A stretch of DNA of 25,844 bases from a virus (taxonomy: Duplodnaviria; Caudoviricetes). A program made the translations under genes and the position numbers. The notes below the pieces were generated by a model, which was given only the letters and a program-made list of their open reading frames with translations, had not been told where the DNA came from and did not search any database. The stretch spans positions 1 through 25,844 of IMG/VR virus record IMGVR_UViG_3300020042_010673; one strand, written 5' to 3'. Positions 24,241-25,844 of this stretch are shown here, piece by piece (position 1 is the first letter of the stretch; each line of letters starts with the position of its first letter).

Positions 24241-25844
24241 TCAACCGGCATCCGCTTCAGGCTTAGGGTCTGCCGTCACTGCCTCAGTAGCTTCCCGGCC
24301 AATGATGCCCCAACGCACTGCAAGGATTAGACCCATCAAGGCACAATCCCAAGCGTGGTTTCCCTGCGTCTTTCCGGCCGGCATAATCCAATGGGGCTTC
24401 CCTGTCCGGCTATCCTTCACCCGGACTTCTGCTGTCAGCTGCTGCACATACTCATCAGGCACATTCCGGGGGTAGCTGTGCAGCCTACGCTTCTGCAATC
24501 CCGCCAAGAAATCCTTGGTGGCAAGGTTGCTCCAAACAATCATTTCACATCTACGCTGCTGGCCGGGAATAAAAATCAATTGTTTGTCTGAATAGAAACG
24601 CTTGGTGGTTTTGCCCCCCACATCCTGCACAGTGAAGTCAGCCTGACCACTACCCCTTAAAGCCTTCCAGCCCCGGCTAGCACATTGGGCATAGACCTCT
24701 TGGGTCTGGTCACCACAGTCAACCCCACACAGGGCTTTGTGGACATTGTGGGTCTTGGCCAAGTCATCAAGCTGCTGCCAAGTCTCAATCTTCCCATACC
24801 ACATCAGCCGGCTGTGACCGGTCTTTGCCCAGCTACGCACTTCAGCCCATAGGTGTCCACGCTGCACATCCGCTGCCATTGTCCGGAAAGGTATAGACCC
24901 ATCAGGGATGTTTCCGCTGTTCACATCCACCACCCGGCCTTCAGGGGTCAGCTTGGCTTCCAAGTCCCAAGCATCCCCAAGAGAATAGTCACCGGCCGTA
25001 GCCTGTGCCACCATTTCACCGGAGTCTTCAGACCAAGGCTGTGCCAGACGCTTCTGCTTAAAGATGCGTCTAGGGGCATCATCACCATAAAGGTCATAGG
25101 CTTCTTTGCCCTTCAGGAGCTTCACAGCTTCCTTGCCAAAGCTGCTATTACATAGGCAATTCCAATGCAGCCCAACGCTGCCCCAGCTGCTAGCCTGTTG
25201 GGTAGGCTTAAAGCAAGCACCCCGGTCAATCCGGTTGGCTTCAGCTCTTACACCCGGGCTGTCCTTAAGCCGGGTCTGGCAGTTACAACATTCATAGGTA
25301 GTGCCGGCTTCAACCTTCTGGAAGTCCCACATCCCGCCCACCTTCGCATCTTCCGGAAAGCGGATGTAATCCCACAGCCAAGGCTGCACATAATTGCAAG
25401 ATGGACAGGCAAAGCACCACTGCCGTTTGTCTGTGCTGTCGTGCAAGGTGTGAAAGTCATCCCCAATAACCCCACCTTGTGAAGTGATGATTACCCTACC
25501 CATCCAGCTGAAGCTTTGGGTTCGTGCCATTGCTTCTGCAATGTGACCCTTTGGGATTAACCAAGCTTCATCAATGATGACTGTCCGCAAGCTCAGGCGT
25601 TGCAGGTTGTTTTCATTCCAAGCACCCCGGCAGTAAACTGTCACCCCATTGGCAAAGTCAGCCACTGTGCTTTTGTCGTTATCACCTTCAGCAAGCAAAC
25701 CCTGCACCACCGGTGTCTGCTTCCACAAAGGCCGGACATAACGTAGGAAGAAGTCTTTGGCTTCAGGGTCATTGGCCTGAAGTATCATAAAGGGGGCAGG
25801 GGCATTGACTATCTGCCAAATGGAATAAAGCCGGATGAACAATG
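24241..25844 (-). CDS. Terminase large subunit, lambda GpA family (5' end outside window)
   Basis: Walker B TVIIDEAW, Zn motifs CPSC and CCNC, nuclease motifs AADVQ, VDCG and NHAWDC. Confidence 0.93.
   Translation of the reverse strand, partial: LFIRLYSIWQIVNAPAPFMILQANDPEAKDFFLRYVRPLWKQTPVVQGLLAEGDNDKSTVADFANGVTVYCRGAWNENNLQRLSLRTVIIDEAWLIPKGHIAEAMARTQSFSWMGRVIITSQGGVIGDDFHTLHDSTDKRQWCFACPSCNYVQPWLWDYIRFPEDAKVGGMWDFQKVEAGTTYECCNCQTRLKDSPGVRAEANRIDRGACFKPTQQASSWGSVGLHWNCLCNSSFGKEAVKLLKGKEAYDLYGDDAPRRIFKQKRLAQPWSEDSGEMVAQATAGDYSLGDAWDLEAKLTPEGRVVDVNSGNIPDGSIPFRTMAADVQRGHLWAEVRSWAKTGHSRLMWYGKIETWQQLDDLAKTHNVHKALCGVDCGDQTQEVYAQCASRGWKALRGSGQADFTVQDVGGKTTKRFYSDKQLIFIPGQQRRCEMIVWSNLATKDFLAGLQKRRLHSYPRNVPDEYVQQLTAEVRVKDSRTGKPHWIMPAGKTQGNHAWDCALMGLILAVRWGIIGREATEAVTADPKPEADAG

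Noticed and set aside
232-25482. Plus-strand ORFs in the track, including 19727..20653 (308 aa) and 15470..16075 (201 aa)
   Set aside because: They are antisense shadows of well-supported minus-strand genes and have no recognisable motifs.

Overview
About 26 kb from the interior of a tailed dsDNA phage genome (Caudoviricetes, probably a siphovirus with a short tail). Every credible gene is on the minus strand. In transcription order (right to left): a lambda-like head module (GpA-type terminase large subunit, gpW-like protein, portal, S49 protease, scaffold, major capsid); a promoter-gene-terminator moron; neck/tail genes with a 455-aa tape measure and a tail fibre; a membrane-protein lysis cassette with no endolysin; a repeat-punctuated array of small early genes; and a replication/recombination module (ATP-dependent ligase, signal-peptide lytic transglycosylase, RuvC, tRNA-Thr(UGU), ERF, RecE-like exonuclease, SSB-like protein, DnaB_N-AAA helicase). 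The most interesting layer is non-coding: (i) a compact motif TTGAC-N5/6-TGCAT-N2/3-TA in front of seven late genes, one copy marking a nested scaffold start; (ii) a hairpin between terminase and gpW whose loop is antisense to the start codon region of the first early gene 15 kb away; (iii) 27- and 29-bp direct repeats at early-gene junctions; (iv) strong, selective loss of restriction-type palindromes. All calls come from reading the sequence and recognising motifs by eye; no database search was run.
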